From an uncultured archaeon (GTDB taxonomy: Archaea; Asgardarchaeota; Thorarchaeia; Thorarchaeales; CAZPUN01): a stretch of 22,174 nucleotides of DNA. Numbering within the stretch: position 1 is the stretch's first letter; each line of letters opens with the position of its first letter. The notes under the pieces are model-generated. The model did not search any database. It was given only the letters and a program-made list of their open reading frames with translations, and was not told the origin of the DNA. Position numbers and translations under genes: made by a program. Positions 8,342-16,595 of this stretch are shown here, one piece after another. The stretch is taken from positions 1 to 22,174 of the forward strand of contig CAZPUN010000054.1 of the NCBI GenBank assembly GCA_964589775.1, given 5' to 3'.

Positions 8342-8938
8342 ATGACAAATGCCGCAAAATATATTGAAGATGCAAAAATCTCATATAGAGCAGGAAAATT
8401 CAGAAAAGCATTAGACCCCGCAAACAAAGCTGTGGAACTAGAACCAAATAACATTGAGGCGTGGCTAATAAAAGGGTTAGTCCAGATCGAGATTGGCGAA
8501 CAATATGATGCCATAAAGTGCTTTGATAAGGCATTTGAATTAGATCCAAAGGACATAAGAGCTTTAAAATATAAAGCGAAAGCATATATTAGCGTCGATG
8601 AATACGATAAGGCAATTAAAGTACTTGAAGAAGCGTTAAAAATTGATAACGAAGATCCTGAAATATATAGCACATTAGCATTGGCATATGAAAGCATTGG
8701 ACAGATTGAAAAAGCAATAGATCTATACCAACAATCATTAAAATTCGATTCCGAAAATCCAGAGACATGGAAGAGTCTTGCTACATGCTACGATGCATTA
8801 GAAAAATGGGAACAAGTATCTCGTGCATGGAGAATTGCAGCTGATCTTCATGAGAAACGCGGAGAAATGGATGCAGCTAGAATTTGCATTCAGTGGGCGG
8901 AAATAGCAGAGAAACACGATACCGATGAAAAGTTTTAA
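8342..8938 (+). CDS. Tetratricopeptide repeat protein
   Basis: Repeating 34-aa units (AW..KG......G.Y..AI.CFDKA.ELDP). The AGGTGA SD at 8331-8336 favours ATG 8342 (or 8339) over the GTG at 8333. Confidence 0.92.
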   Translation: MTNAAKYIEDAKISYRAGKFRKALDPANKAVELEPNNIEAWLIKGLVQIEIGEQYDAIKCFDKAFELDPKDIRALKYKAKAYISVDEYDKAIKVLEEALKIDNEDPEIYSTLALAYESIGQIEKAIDLYQQSLKFDSENPETWKSLATCYDALEKWEQVSRAWRIAADLHEKRGEMDAARICIQWAEIAEKHDTDEKF

Positions 8939-8944
8939 TGCAAT

Positions 8945-9502
8945 TCAAGCTGCCTTTCCATTTTTAATTTTGTTCAAGCGATATCGGATATATTCTGTAA
9001 TAATTTTTTCAAAGAGAACATCAATGTTATATCCAGTTTTTGCTGATACTTCAAATATGTTCTTAATACCTAGTTCTTCGCCAAATTCTTTTGCCTCATC
9101 AATACTAACTTGCCGTTTATCCTCTAAATCTTGCTTACAACCGATCAAAAAGATTGAAGCGTCTCCAGTCTTATAACTATTTGATTTTTTATAAATATCG
9201 AACCAATCAGGAACATGATAAAGAGTTTCACGTCGAGATATATCATATACAAATACGATTGCAGAAGCACCTTCAAAAAATAGTTTGTTCTGGAATAGAA
9301 ATTCCTTTTGACCGGCAAGATCAAATGTCGTGAGTACTACATCAAATTTTTCAAATTCGACCCTTTTTGATGTAATGGATACACCCATAGTTACAAGATA
9401 TTCTTCGTCAAACTGATTCTTAACATATTTTGCTATAATTGAAGTTTTGCCAACAGCTGGATCTCCGACAAAACAAACCTTAATTGGATATTCGCGCTTC
9501 AT
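8945..9502 (-). CDS. Rab-like small GTPase (Ras superfamily), about 185 aa
   Basis: G1 GDPAVGKTS, G2 YLVTMG, G3 FDLAGQ, G4 GCKQD, G5 EVSAKTG, plus the Rab/Ras-like RQVS..EA motif. Likely start is MKREY at 9502. No C-terminal Cys. Confidence 0.92.
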   Translation of the reverse strand: MKREYPIKVCFVGDPAVGKTSIIAKYVKNQFDEEYLVTMGVSITSKRVEFEKFDVVLTTFDLAGQKEFLFQNKLFFEGASAIVFVYDISRRETLYHVPDWFDIYKKSNSYKTGDASIFLIGCKQDLEDKRQVSIDEAKEFGEELGIKNIFEVSAKTGYNIDVLFEKIITEYIRYRLNKIKNGKAA

Positions 9503-9645
9503 TGTAAATCTAATTATGTGATACATGAATTTATAGCTTTCTAATTGAACCAAATCTTGATAAATTACAGTTGGATAAAATATTAAAACGATAAAATTAA
9601 AAGCCAATTTCTACTGAATTTTCCTAATTTACATATTGAACTGGG

Positions 9646-10995
9646 GTGTTCAAATTGAGCGAGAATCCAAAATTCAAAAGACATATGGGCGTGCTTGGCG
9701 CTACTAATGTTGGAATCGGAGCAATGATGGGAAGTGGAATCTTCATTTTGTCCGGTGTTGTTGCAGGAGTTGTTGGACCGGCATTATTCATTGCGTATTT
9801 ACTTTCTGGATTTATTACGCTTTTTACAGCGATCAATTATTCTGAACTTGTAGCCTCAATTCCAAAACAAGGCGGTGGCTATACTTTTGTCCATGATATA
9901 ATTGGTGGGTATCCGTCTTATTTAACGGGCCTTTTTATGTGGGCAGGAACTGCTGTTGCATGCAGTGTTTTTGCTATTGCTTTTGCACACTCATTAAGAA
10001 TATACTATCCGGGAATTGACATAAATCTCGTTGCGATTATTCTGATAATTGTTTCATTTTTCATAAACCTGATGGGCGTTGAAGGTTTTGGTATCTCACT
10101 TGCTGCTATGAATATTACAGAACTTGCTACATTAGCATTTTTCGTCTTAATTGGTGCATTTAGGGTAGATCCTGCAAACTTCAATCCAATTTTACCACCT
10201 GGAGAAACATGGACAAGTTTAATTTCTGCCATTTCACTATTATATTTAGCATATGTAGGGTTTGAACTGATAACTACGGCATCTGAAGAAATTAAAAACC
10301 CACCAAAAGTAATTCCGAAGGCAATTTTGCTAACACTTCTAATTACTACTGCATTTTATACCTTAGATGCTTTGATCCTTGTAGGAGTTACAAATTGGAC
10401 TAATATAGCAGGAAGTACAACTGCAATTGTTGATGTTTATAAAATGATGATCGGAGATTGGGGCTTATTCCTTGGAGTTCTTGGTACGGTTATGGCAAGC
10501 GTTTCTGCATTAAATGCAACCATGATGGCATCTGGAAGAATATTATATGCAATGAGCCGTGATGGATTTTTCCCTAAGAAAATTAGTTCTGTACACAAGC
10601 GATTTAGGACACCCCATGTGGCTCTTGCAATTACTGCTGTAATGATCGCGACGTTTACTTTAACAGGTCATGTAGAAATGGTTGCTGGAATGTCTGACTT
10701 TGGATATCTTATGGGGCTCACTCTGATAAATCTAAGCGTAATTTGGCTACATAGAAAAGGGCTTTATGTCCCAGGAACATTCAAGGCACCATTATATCCA
10801 TTGTTCCCAATAATTGGTGCATTATCCACACTACTTATTGCACCTAGCTTGCCATTTTCTGCAGTACAACTTGGTTTAATATACACTATAATTGGAACAA
10901 TAGTCTACTTTGCATATGCACGAGGAAAACATCATTCAAACCAAGTTGAAAAAAACGCGAATAGTATAGATTTTCCCGAAGAAATGCAGGAGTGA
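9646..10995 (+). CDS. APC-family amino acid permease
   Basis: GAMMGSGIF, YSEL...IP..GG.Y, YVGFE.....SEE.KNP...IP.AI, SRDG.FP......H.RF.TP; about 12 TM segments. Alternative start TTG 9655. Confidence 0.95.
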   Translation: MFKLSENPKFKRHMGVLGATNVGIGAMMGSGIFILSGVVAGVVGPALFIAYLLSGFITLFTAINYSELVASIPKQGGGYTFVHDIIGGYPSYLTGLFMWAGTAVACSVFAIAFAHSLRIYYPGIDINLVAIILIIVSFFINLMGVEGFGISLAAMNITELATLAFFVLIGAFRVDPANFNPILPPGETWTSLISAISLLYLAYVGFELITTASEEIKNPPKVIPKAILLTLLITTAFYTLDALILVGVTNWTNIAGSTTAIVDVYKMMIGDWGLFLGVLGTVMASVSALNATMMASGRILYAMSRDGFFPKKISSVHKRFRTPHVALAITAVMIATFTLTGHVEMVAGMSDFGYLMGLTLINLSVIWLHRKGLYVPGTFKAPLYPLFPIIGALSTLLIAPSLPFSAVQLGLIYTIIGTIVYFAYARGKHHSNQVEKNANSIDFPEEMQE

Positions 10996-11016
10996 CTAAT
11001 TCCTGCAATCTATATT
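10985..11016. terminator. Hairpin between convergent genes, possible terminator
   Basis: TGCAGGA (10985-10991) and TCCTGCA (11001-11007) arms with a 9-nt loop, followed by an AT/T-rich tract. Confidence 0.4.
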
Positions 11017-11736
11017 TTATTCCTCATATGTCCTAAGTCGTTGTAATTTTGAAGCCATTTTTCTTACTGAATCCTCAAGTCCATATCCAACTTCAACAAG
11101 TCCTCCAGGAAGTGCCGCAAGGAAATTTCGCGTTTCAGGATCTAAATGCGCTTCTACATTGACAATAACATAGATTTTCACTTCATTTCGCACCATGTCC
11201 CTAATTCGTTCAATTGTTTTTCGGGGTGTTGGAACAGGTTTCGAGAGAAATATGATATTTACTGTTTGTTCACGATTGTTTATTTCCTCAATTTTATCCA
11301 TCAATTTTAAAATTGGTTTTTTAGCCCCGTCCGGAACAAATGATTTCTTTATCTTCTCAGTACTTTCAAATGGACGAACAATTGCAAAATCGATATCTGA
11401 ATCATCTTCTAGTCGAGCTGGAAATATTATAATAAGATGATGCGTATCTTTGTATTTCTTTTCATAATCAGATAAAACTTGGTCGAATGCCTGAACCATC
11501 GCATTGACCATTTTTGGATATTCTGCAATGGATTCCGAGAAATCAAATGCGATAATTGCTTTTCTAAATGGCCTAGATTTGTTATAAAATTCTGTTGTTA
11601 TACGGGTACCATTCATTGCACCACGTGTTAATACAGGACCACGAAAAGTACGCTTTATTATTTTTTTACACTTTTTTCGAAACCCCTTATCGATCTCTTT
11701 GGTCATCTTTAACTTTATAGATTCTCCTTCCGACAA
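11017..11736 (-). CDS. vWA-like domain protein with a basic N-terminal extension
   Basis: AIIAFDFSES is a beta-strand plus DxSxS MIDAS motif; alternating beta/alpha pattern (LIIIF, NIIFLS, VKIYVIV, FLAALPGG). The downstream TDG motif is degenerate. Confidence 0.7.
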   Translation of the reverse strand: MSEGESIKLKMTKEIDKGFRKKCKKIIKRTFRGPVLTRGAMNGTRITTEFYNKSRPFRKAIIAFDFSESIAEYPKMVNAMVQAFDQVLSDYEKKYKDTHHLIIIFPARLEDDSDIDFAIVRPFESTEKIKKSFVPDGAKKPILKLMDKIEEINNREQTVNIIFLSKPVPTPRKTIERIRDMVRNEVKIYVIVNVEAHLDPETRNFLAALPGGLVEVGYGLEDSVRKMASKLQRLRTYEE

Positions 11737-11794
11737 TTAGAATCACCATACCACACACATAATGCGAATTCAAGTATAATATAGGAATAAAAAC

Positions 11795-11816
11795 TTATAA
11801 ATTGGACTGGAGTCCA
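11795..11816 (-). promoter_or_regulatory. TATA box with an adjacent 14-bp palindrome upstream of the vWA gene
   Basis: TGGACT-GG-AGTCCA (11803-11816) lies directly upstream, on the minus strand, of TTTATAA (11801-11795). Confidence 0.4.
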
Positions 11817-11826
11817 TGCTCTGAAA

Positions 11827-12186
11827 TTACTTTTGACGTGCTCGCTTTTTCGCTTGTGCAAACTCCGTTGAAACAGCAATTGAATAGACTCCAGTCCTTC
11901 GGGAGACGATTATTGGAGCACCCATGAGGAGGGCATCAATATCGATTTCATAAACCCCAGGCCGCACACTTCGGATCGTTTCAATTTGTGCTAGCTTTTG
12001 CTGCATATCCATAATTTTTTTCTGTACATCCTTATTTTTCACATCAAGTACAGGAGATTCTGATTTATCTTTTTGGCGTATAATCTTAAAGCTGGTATGC
12101 CCACACTCGCAGCCCTTCAATATGTTCGGGTCATCAATACTGTAGGTTTTTCCACAATTTCTGCATACGAATAACATTTCACTCAA
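11827..12186 (-). CDS. oapC: Zn-ribbon protein, DUF2072 family (OapC/ArvC)
   Basis: CRNCG..Y......ILKGCECG...F and C-terminal IETIR...PG.YEIDID.L....PII.....G.Y.I; follows oapA and oapB. Confidence 0.85.
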   Translation of the reverse strand: MSEMLFVCRNCGKTYSIDDPNILKGCECGHTSFKIIRQKDKSESPVLDVKNKDVQKKIMDMQQKLAQIETIRSVRPGVYEIDIDALLMGAPIIVSRRTGVYSIAVSTEFAQAKKRARQK

Positions 12187-12198
12187 TTATGTGCCCCC

Positions 12199-12552
12199 TT
12201 ATACTCGCAGTGATACCGTTGTAATATCTGAGCCTTCTTGAACTGCTGATACTTTACCAGAGGGCGCAATCATAGTCATTTTGGTTTCTGCCTTCTTTTT
12301 CCATATACCGCGTCTATTAGACTGTAGAATGTTTGCTCCATTAAATGTAATAACCTCAATTCCAGTAAATCCATCGAAGCTTATATTCTTCATAGTTTCA
12401 GATACCAAATCTAACTGTTCTGTAGGCTCTAAACCTTCTTCAAGTAAAATAATTCGATCATTCATTACACGTTCAAGTATAAATTGAATCTTTTCATTCT
12501 TCGACAAATTTACTGTGAATTTTTTAGGAATAAAGTCCATCTGTAATGACAT
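12199..12552 (-). CDS. oapB: DUF2073 family protein (OapB/ArvB)
   Basis: EKI..IL..V....II.LEEGL.P.EQ..L..ETM..I..DGFTGIE...MT.I.P; synteny with oapA and oapC. Confidence 0.88.
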   Translation of the reverse strand: MSLQMDFIPKKFTVNLSKNEKIQFILERVMNDRIILLEEGLEPTEQLDLVSETMKNISFDGFTGIEVITFNGANILQSNRRGIWKKKAETKMTMIAPSGKVSAVQEGSDITTVSLRV

Positions 12553-12561
12553 GATTACACC

Positions 12562-13173
12562 TCATTTAATCATTTTTTCAATAGTATCGTACAGGATTTT
12601 TATATCGCCCTTCAATGCGCTCAAGGCAATCACCGTATGATTCGAAAAAGTTTCTTTCACTAATTCGGGTCTTGCATCAGGCAGATCAATTTTATTTGCT
12701 ACAATAATACTAGGAATTCCACGAGCCTCCAGATTTCCAACAATTACTGCATTTATCTGGTCATAGGGAACTTTCGTGGAATCAATAACTGTAATAGCCA
12801 AATCAACATTATCAAGATATTTAATCGCCTCGATTACACCTTTTGTAGCTTCTTGAGCACGTAATAGAGCTTCATCTTGGGGAAGTCCTTGCTCAACAAA
12901 TTCACGGTAATCAACTTTTGTACTTATTCCGGGCATATCTAAAAGATCTAACTCAAGTATTCGACCATTAATATTTAGTTCGACGGTCTCTTTCTGTATG
13001 GTTCTAGTTTCATGAGGAATTGGAGATGTGGGCCCAACTTCACGACCAACCAAATCTAGAGCAACTCTATTTGCAAGTGTTGTTTTTCCAGCATTAGGCG
13101 GGCCGTAAATTCCTAAGCTCGCCTTTTTCACTTGTGTCTTTCCAAACAGTTTTTCAAGGAATTGCATTTTCAT
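12562..13173 (-). CDS. oapA: Archaeal Era-like small GTPase OapA/ArvA
   Basis: G1 GIYGPPNAGKTTLANR, G2 PHETR, G3 DMPG, family insert KVDYREF..G...A..RA.EATKGVIEAIK, P..Q.N..I.GNLEAR, G4 NKID, G5 SALKG. SD spacing suggests the start may be ATG 13167 (MQFLEKLFGK). Confidence 0.92.
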   Translation of the reverse strand: MKMQFLEKLFGKTQVKKASLGIYGPPNAGKTTLANRVALDLVGREVGPTSPIPHETRTIQKETVELNINGRILELDLLDMPGISTKVDYREFVEQGLPQDEALLRAQEATKGVIEAIKYLDNVDLAITVIDSTKVPYDQINAVIVGNLEARGIPSIIVANKIDLPDARPELVKETFSNHTVIALSALKGDIKILYDTIEKMIK

Positions 13174-13403
13174 TTCTCCTCGTCAATTTTTGTTAATAGA
13201 TAGAATTTGGCCTTTTTATCACCAATTTTCTGAAGCGCACCACATGCAGACAAGCCATCAAGATATCCACTAAGATAATTTCTATTCACGGATAAGTGCC
13301 GTGAAATCTGAGCCACATTTGCATAGAACCCATCCTGTGTCTTTAGAAAATCTTCAATTTTTTGTTTCAATTCGTCTGCGTGCATCATAGTTGCATCATG
13401 CAT
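13170..13403 (-). CDS. Small winged-helix protein, first gene of the oap/arv operon
   Basis: NVAQISRHLSVNRNYLSGYL..L...G.L..IG..KAKFY HTH plus wing; its stop overlaps the first oapA ATG (ATGA). Confidence 0.8.
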   Translation of the reverse strand: MHDATMMHADELKQKIEDFLKTQDGFYANVAQISRHLSVNRNYLSGYLDGLSACGALQKIGDKKAKFYLLTKIDEEK

Positions 13404-13424
13404 ATAAAAGAAAAAAATGATTAA

Positions 13425-13457
13425 GGAGTCTTGTAATATATGTGTAATACTGACTCC
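13425..13457. promoter_or_regulatory. Candidate operator or hairpin upstream of the wHTH-oap operon
   Basis: GGAGTC (13425-13430) and GACTCC (13452-13457) inverted arms enclose a TGTAATA direct repeat at 13432 and 13443 (11-bp period). Confidence 0.35.
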
Positions 13458-13458
13458 A

Positions 13459-14589
13459 TCATTTAAACAATGTAAACATATCCTGAACTACAATTACAAA
13501 GTAGGAATAGTTTAACCCTAGTCCGACAAAATGTGCCACACCGAGCGCCCCGATTATTAATAGATAATTACGTGATTTTTCTTTTGTACTCATAATAATT
13601 GTAGGAATTAAGAGCCAGAGGTAATACCAAATTAGTACCCAGCGAATAAACATAAGGCCTATCGGTGCTAACATCATGATTATTTCAGGAATGCTCAAGT
13701 CCTTCCTACGGGTTATATCAAGTTTAATTATAGATTCCGGATTTTTCTTGATATCGAAAATTGCATGAACTACTGCAATCACAACAACTATATTCGTCAA
13801 AATCGCAATTGGATTACTGAGTATAAATCCAACATACATAGGATTTGTAATATATGGACTATAGCTAGGATCATTTGTCAAATGCGAGATTAACGCACTA
13901 TAGGAGTGTCCGGTAAGAGCCATTGGAATCATAGAAAGCACAAATGGAATAACCATTGGAATGATACTCAACGGATTTTGCGCGAGGAAAATTGGTGCAG
14001 ATACTGCAGGGTATATCTTCGTTTCAGCAGCTAGTCCTAAGAAAAAGCCACCCTTTAACCAATCATTTTTCTTGTAATAATATAGTGCAACAAGCCATAT
14101 GAAATCAACTAATGGCTCCGTCTTACCCCACAGAACAGACATACCAAATAAATAAGAATAGTATACAACAGAAAATGGTCTAAACCAACATTCTTTTCGC
14201 CGATCACCAACAATATATGCCATTAGGATCCAATCAAGATTTGCAAATAGAAACAAAACCGAATTAATAAAATAATGTTGTAATCCATCCATGCCTGGTA
14301 TCACGGCTACGAGCCCTGCATAAAACAACAATACAGGCAACGGATATTCATATGTTAAATTTAGGTAACTGGATAGTAAATGATCTTCACTGATATTAAA
14401 TTTCTCTTTTAAAATATAATCACTTAAATCATAAACTCCAAGTCCATATTTCCAGAATAATTCTCCATAAACTTCATTTCGGTTACGGTCACGTTGAACA
14501 ATGTGAGCTTCAGCGACAGGCATCAGGATGATACCCATGATAATCCCAAGAATAAGCCATTTTCGATATTCATAGATAATATGCCGCAT
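13459..14589 (-). CDS. Polytopic membrane GT-C fold glycosyltransferase (GT87/PIG-M-like)
   Basis: About 10 TM segments; YEYP.....FY, G..E....., and G...G.....K.YP (GFFLGLAAETKIYP) motifs typical of lipid-phosphate-sugar-dependent transferases. Confidence 0.7.
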   Translation of the reverse strand: MRHIIYEYRKWLILGIIMGIILMPVAEAHIVQRDRNRNEVYGELFWKYGLGVYDLSDYILKEKFNISEDHLLSSYLNLTYEYPLPVLLFYAGLVAVIPGMDGLQHYFINSVLFLFANLDWILMAYIVGDRRKECWFRPFSVVYYSYLFGMSVLWGKTEPLVDFIWLVALYYYKKNDWLKGGFFLGLAAETKIYPAVSAPIFLAQNPLSIIPMVIPFVLSMIPMALTGHSYSALISHLTNDPSYSPYITNPMYVGFILSNPIAILTNIVVVIAVVHAIFDIKKNPESIIKLDITRRKDLSIPEIIMMLAPIGLMFIRWVLIWYYLWLLIPTIIMSTKEKSRNYLLIIGALGVAHFVGLGLNYSYFVIVVQDMFTLFK

Positions 14590-14685
14590 TTCCGATACCT
14601 CACGTCTCTATCATGTGATATAAAAAGACAAATAAGAATTTTCCGATTCCCAGTAAATTAATTTGTAGATAATAAAAAGAAATAT

Positions 14686-14724
14686 AATCAATTAATGATT
14701 ATTAATGATTAATTAGTCATGATT
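14686..14724. repeat. Short tandem/inverted repeat cluster in an AT-rich divergent promoter region
   Basis: ATTAATGATT twice (14691-14710), AATCA (14686-14690) inverted to TGATT, a third TGATT at 14720-14724. Confidence 0.5.
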
Positions 14725-14849
14725 TAAGTTTAATAGTTGAATTTTTTAATTTTCTAACAATTTATAAAATAATAATCTAATTTCAAAATTATTATAAATA
14801 GGTTTCTTATTAAATAGTAATTTAAGAATCATAGGTTTAGTGACTAAAA

Positions 14850-15920
14850 ATGCTTACGGGGATGAGTATTAAAAACTTCCGAGGAATTAACAAAGGAAAT
14901 CTAGATAGATTCGGAAATGTAAATATTTTATTGGGTCCTAACAATTCCGGAAAATCCACAATTCTTGAAGCTATTTATTTAGCAAGTACAGCTATATCTA
15001 AAAATGATCTATTGAATCGAATACGTATAGAATATTTAGCAGACAGACGGGTAAAAAGAAAATATCGGCTTTTTGATTCATTATGGTATAAATATAAAAC
15101 AACAAAACCAATTCAATTAATATTAACATTGGATAATGAAAATTCGTTTACATTTGAATCATTTAAAGAAAATGAGACAATGTTTACATACTTGAATCTA
15201 GAAAATAGATATTTTATACGAAACTCAAGAATATGGCAAGAATACAAAATTGTTGATAATGTACCACATTTCAAACAACAAAACTATACTATTGAACGAT
15301 TATCTAGTATTTTTAAAATATCAAAAAAAGCATTAAAAAATCTAATTAAAATGTTATCTGCTTCAGTCATGATTGATCCTTTTATAATTAATTCATTTAA
15401 TGAAATTGAAGAAAATTTATGGTTCAAAATCATTGCAGAACGGATCGATAAGAAAATCGTGAAAACCATAAATTCATGCTATAATATGAATATTGAGAAT
15501 TTTTCATATTTTAAAATTGGCCCAGGTTATAGTTTGGCAGCCTTATTACCGACTCATTCAGTCCGACTTGATGAGATTGGCGATGGCGTAAGAATGAGTG
15601 TTGCAATGATAACTATTGCATATTTAATAGAAAATAGTATTATACTTTTGGAGGACCCAGAAACCCATCAACATATTCGAGCTCTTAAAGAGATAATGAG
15701 CACATTACTTAAAGTGTCAAAATCTCAAAATAATCAAATATTTATATCAACACACAGTCTTGAACTTACCAAGGAGATTGTTAATTTGAGTTTTAGACTT
15801 GATATAGATTTAACAATATTTGGTATAACTCTTGATAATGGAAATCTTAATGTAAGAACAATTAAAAAAGAAGATGCGAAAAATTTGTTAGAAGTAGGTG
15901 AGGACATACGTATAATATAA
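14850..15920 (+). CDS. ABC-type ATPase (AAA_15/AAA_21; OLD/AbiEii/AriA-like) of a two-gene ATPase-TOPRIM module
   Basis: I.NFRGI, Walker A GPNNSGKST, degenerate signature IGDG, Walker B/D-loop ILLEDPETHQH, H-loop QIFISTHS, C-terminal G.DIR. Confidence 0.9.
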   Translation: MLTGMSIKNFRGINKGNLDRFGNVNILLGPNNSGKSTILEAIYLASTAISKNDLLNRIRIEYLADRRVKRKYRLFDSLWYKYKTTKPIQLILTLDNENSFTFESFKENETMFTYLNLENRYFIRNSRIWQEYKIVDNVPHFKQQNYTIERLSSIFKISKKALKNLIKMLSASVMIDPFIINSFNEIEENLWFKIIAERIDKKIVKTINSCYNMNIENFSYFKIGPGYSLAALLPTHSVRLDEIGDGVRMSVAMITIAYLIENSIILLEDPETHQHIRALKEIMSTLLKVSKSQNNQIFISTHSLELTKEIVNLSFRLDIDLTIFGITLDNGNLNVRTIKKEDAKNLLEVGEDIRII

Positions 15921-16595
15921 AAAATATACGAATACTACTAGAAGGAAAAAGCGATGCAACTTTTTTTAATGCATTATTTAAAAAATTAAATATTAAAAAT
16001 TTCAAAGATTCTATAAAATATTCCGAAGGAAAAACAAATCTAAAAGAAACGGCTTATTCGTTTATTAAATACAAGTCAAAACATACAATAATTGTAGCAG
16101 AAGACTTAGATAATCGAACATATAAAGAATTAATAAATTCATGGAAAGATTCATTAAAAGAAAAATTTGAATCAGTTGAATGGAAAAATGGAAAAAATAT
16201 TTTTAATATTAAATATAAGAATGAGGACATAAGATTGATAATCATACCTATGGGGCTACCTCAAGATGAGATAATTAATAAGTTTAAAATAACCAAATAT
16301 ATGATGGAAGATTATATTATTAAGATATTAATGACAAGTGGTACAAAACTTTATGAAGATTTAAAAATTTAAAATAAATAATCCAGAAAAACTAGAATTC
16401 AAAATATTAGAAATTCTTGATCTATTAAGACAGCAAGATATTTTGATCGAATCGAGTAAAGAAATTTTATCGATAATGCGGGTTTTATTATGTGATAGTC
16501 CCCCAAATATATTTATAGAAAACACAATAACTAAGTCAAATAATGAATTTATACGTAATATATTTCAAGATATTATTCAATATTTTAGATTATAA
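15917..16595 (+). pseudogene. TOPRIM-domain nuclease-like gene (DUF3226/DUF4435-like), no canonical start and one +1 frameshift; absent from the ORF track
   Basis: Frame from 15917 reads IKNIRILLEGKSDATFF...YSEGKTNL...IIVAEDLD...IIPMG...MMEDYIIK...LKI* (TAA 16370-16372). The +1 frame continues FKINNPEKLEFKILEILDLLRQQDILIESSKEIL...QYFRL* (TAA 16593-16595). EGxxD and DxD are the TOPRIM acidic motifs. Confidence 0.85.

Noticed and set aside
9503-9607. N-terminal extension of the Rab-like ORF given by the track
   Set aside because: It spans the divergent promoter region; the GTPase fold begins right after Met at 9502.
14590-14850. Replication origin near the 'origin-associated' oap genes
   Set aside because: No cdc6/orc1 gene and no convincing ORB repeat (TCCAxTGGAAA plus G-string) here or in the other spacers; AT richness alone is not enough.
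16360-16366. T-TTA-AAA as a programmed -1 frameshift heptamer
   Set aside because: Rejoining the TOPRIM gene needs +1 (or -2), not -1, and I see no downstream stimulatory structure.
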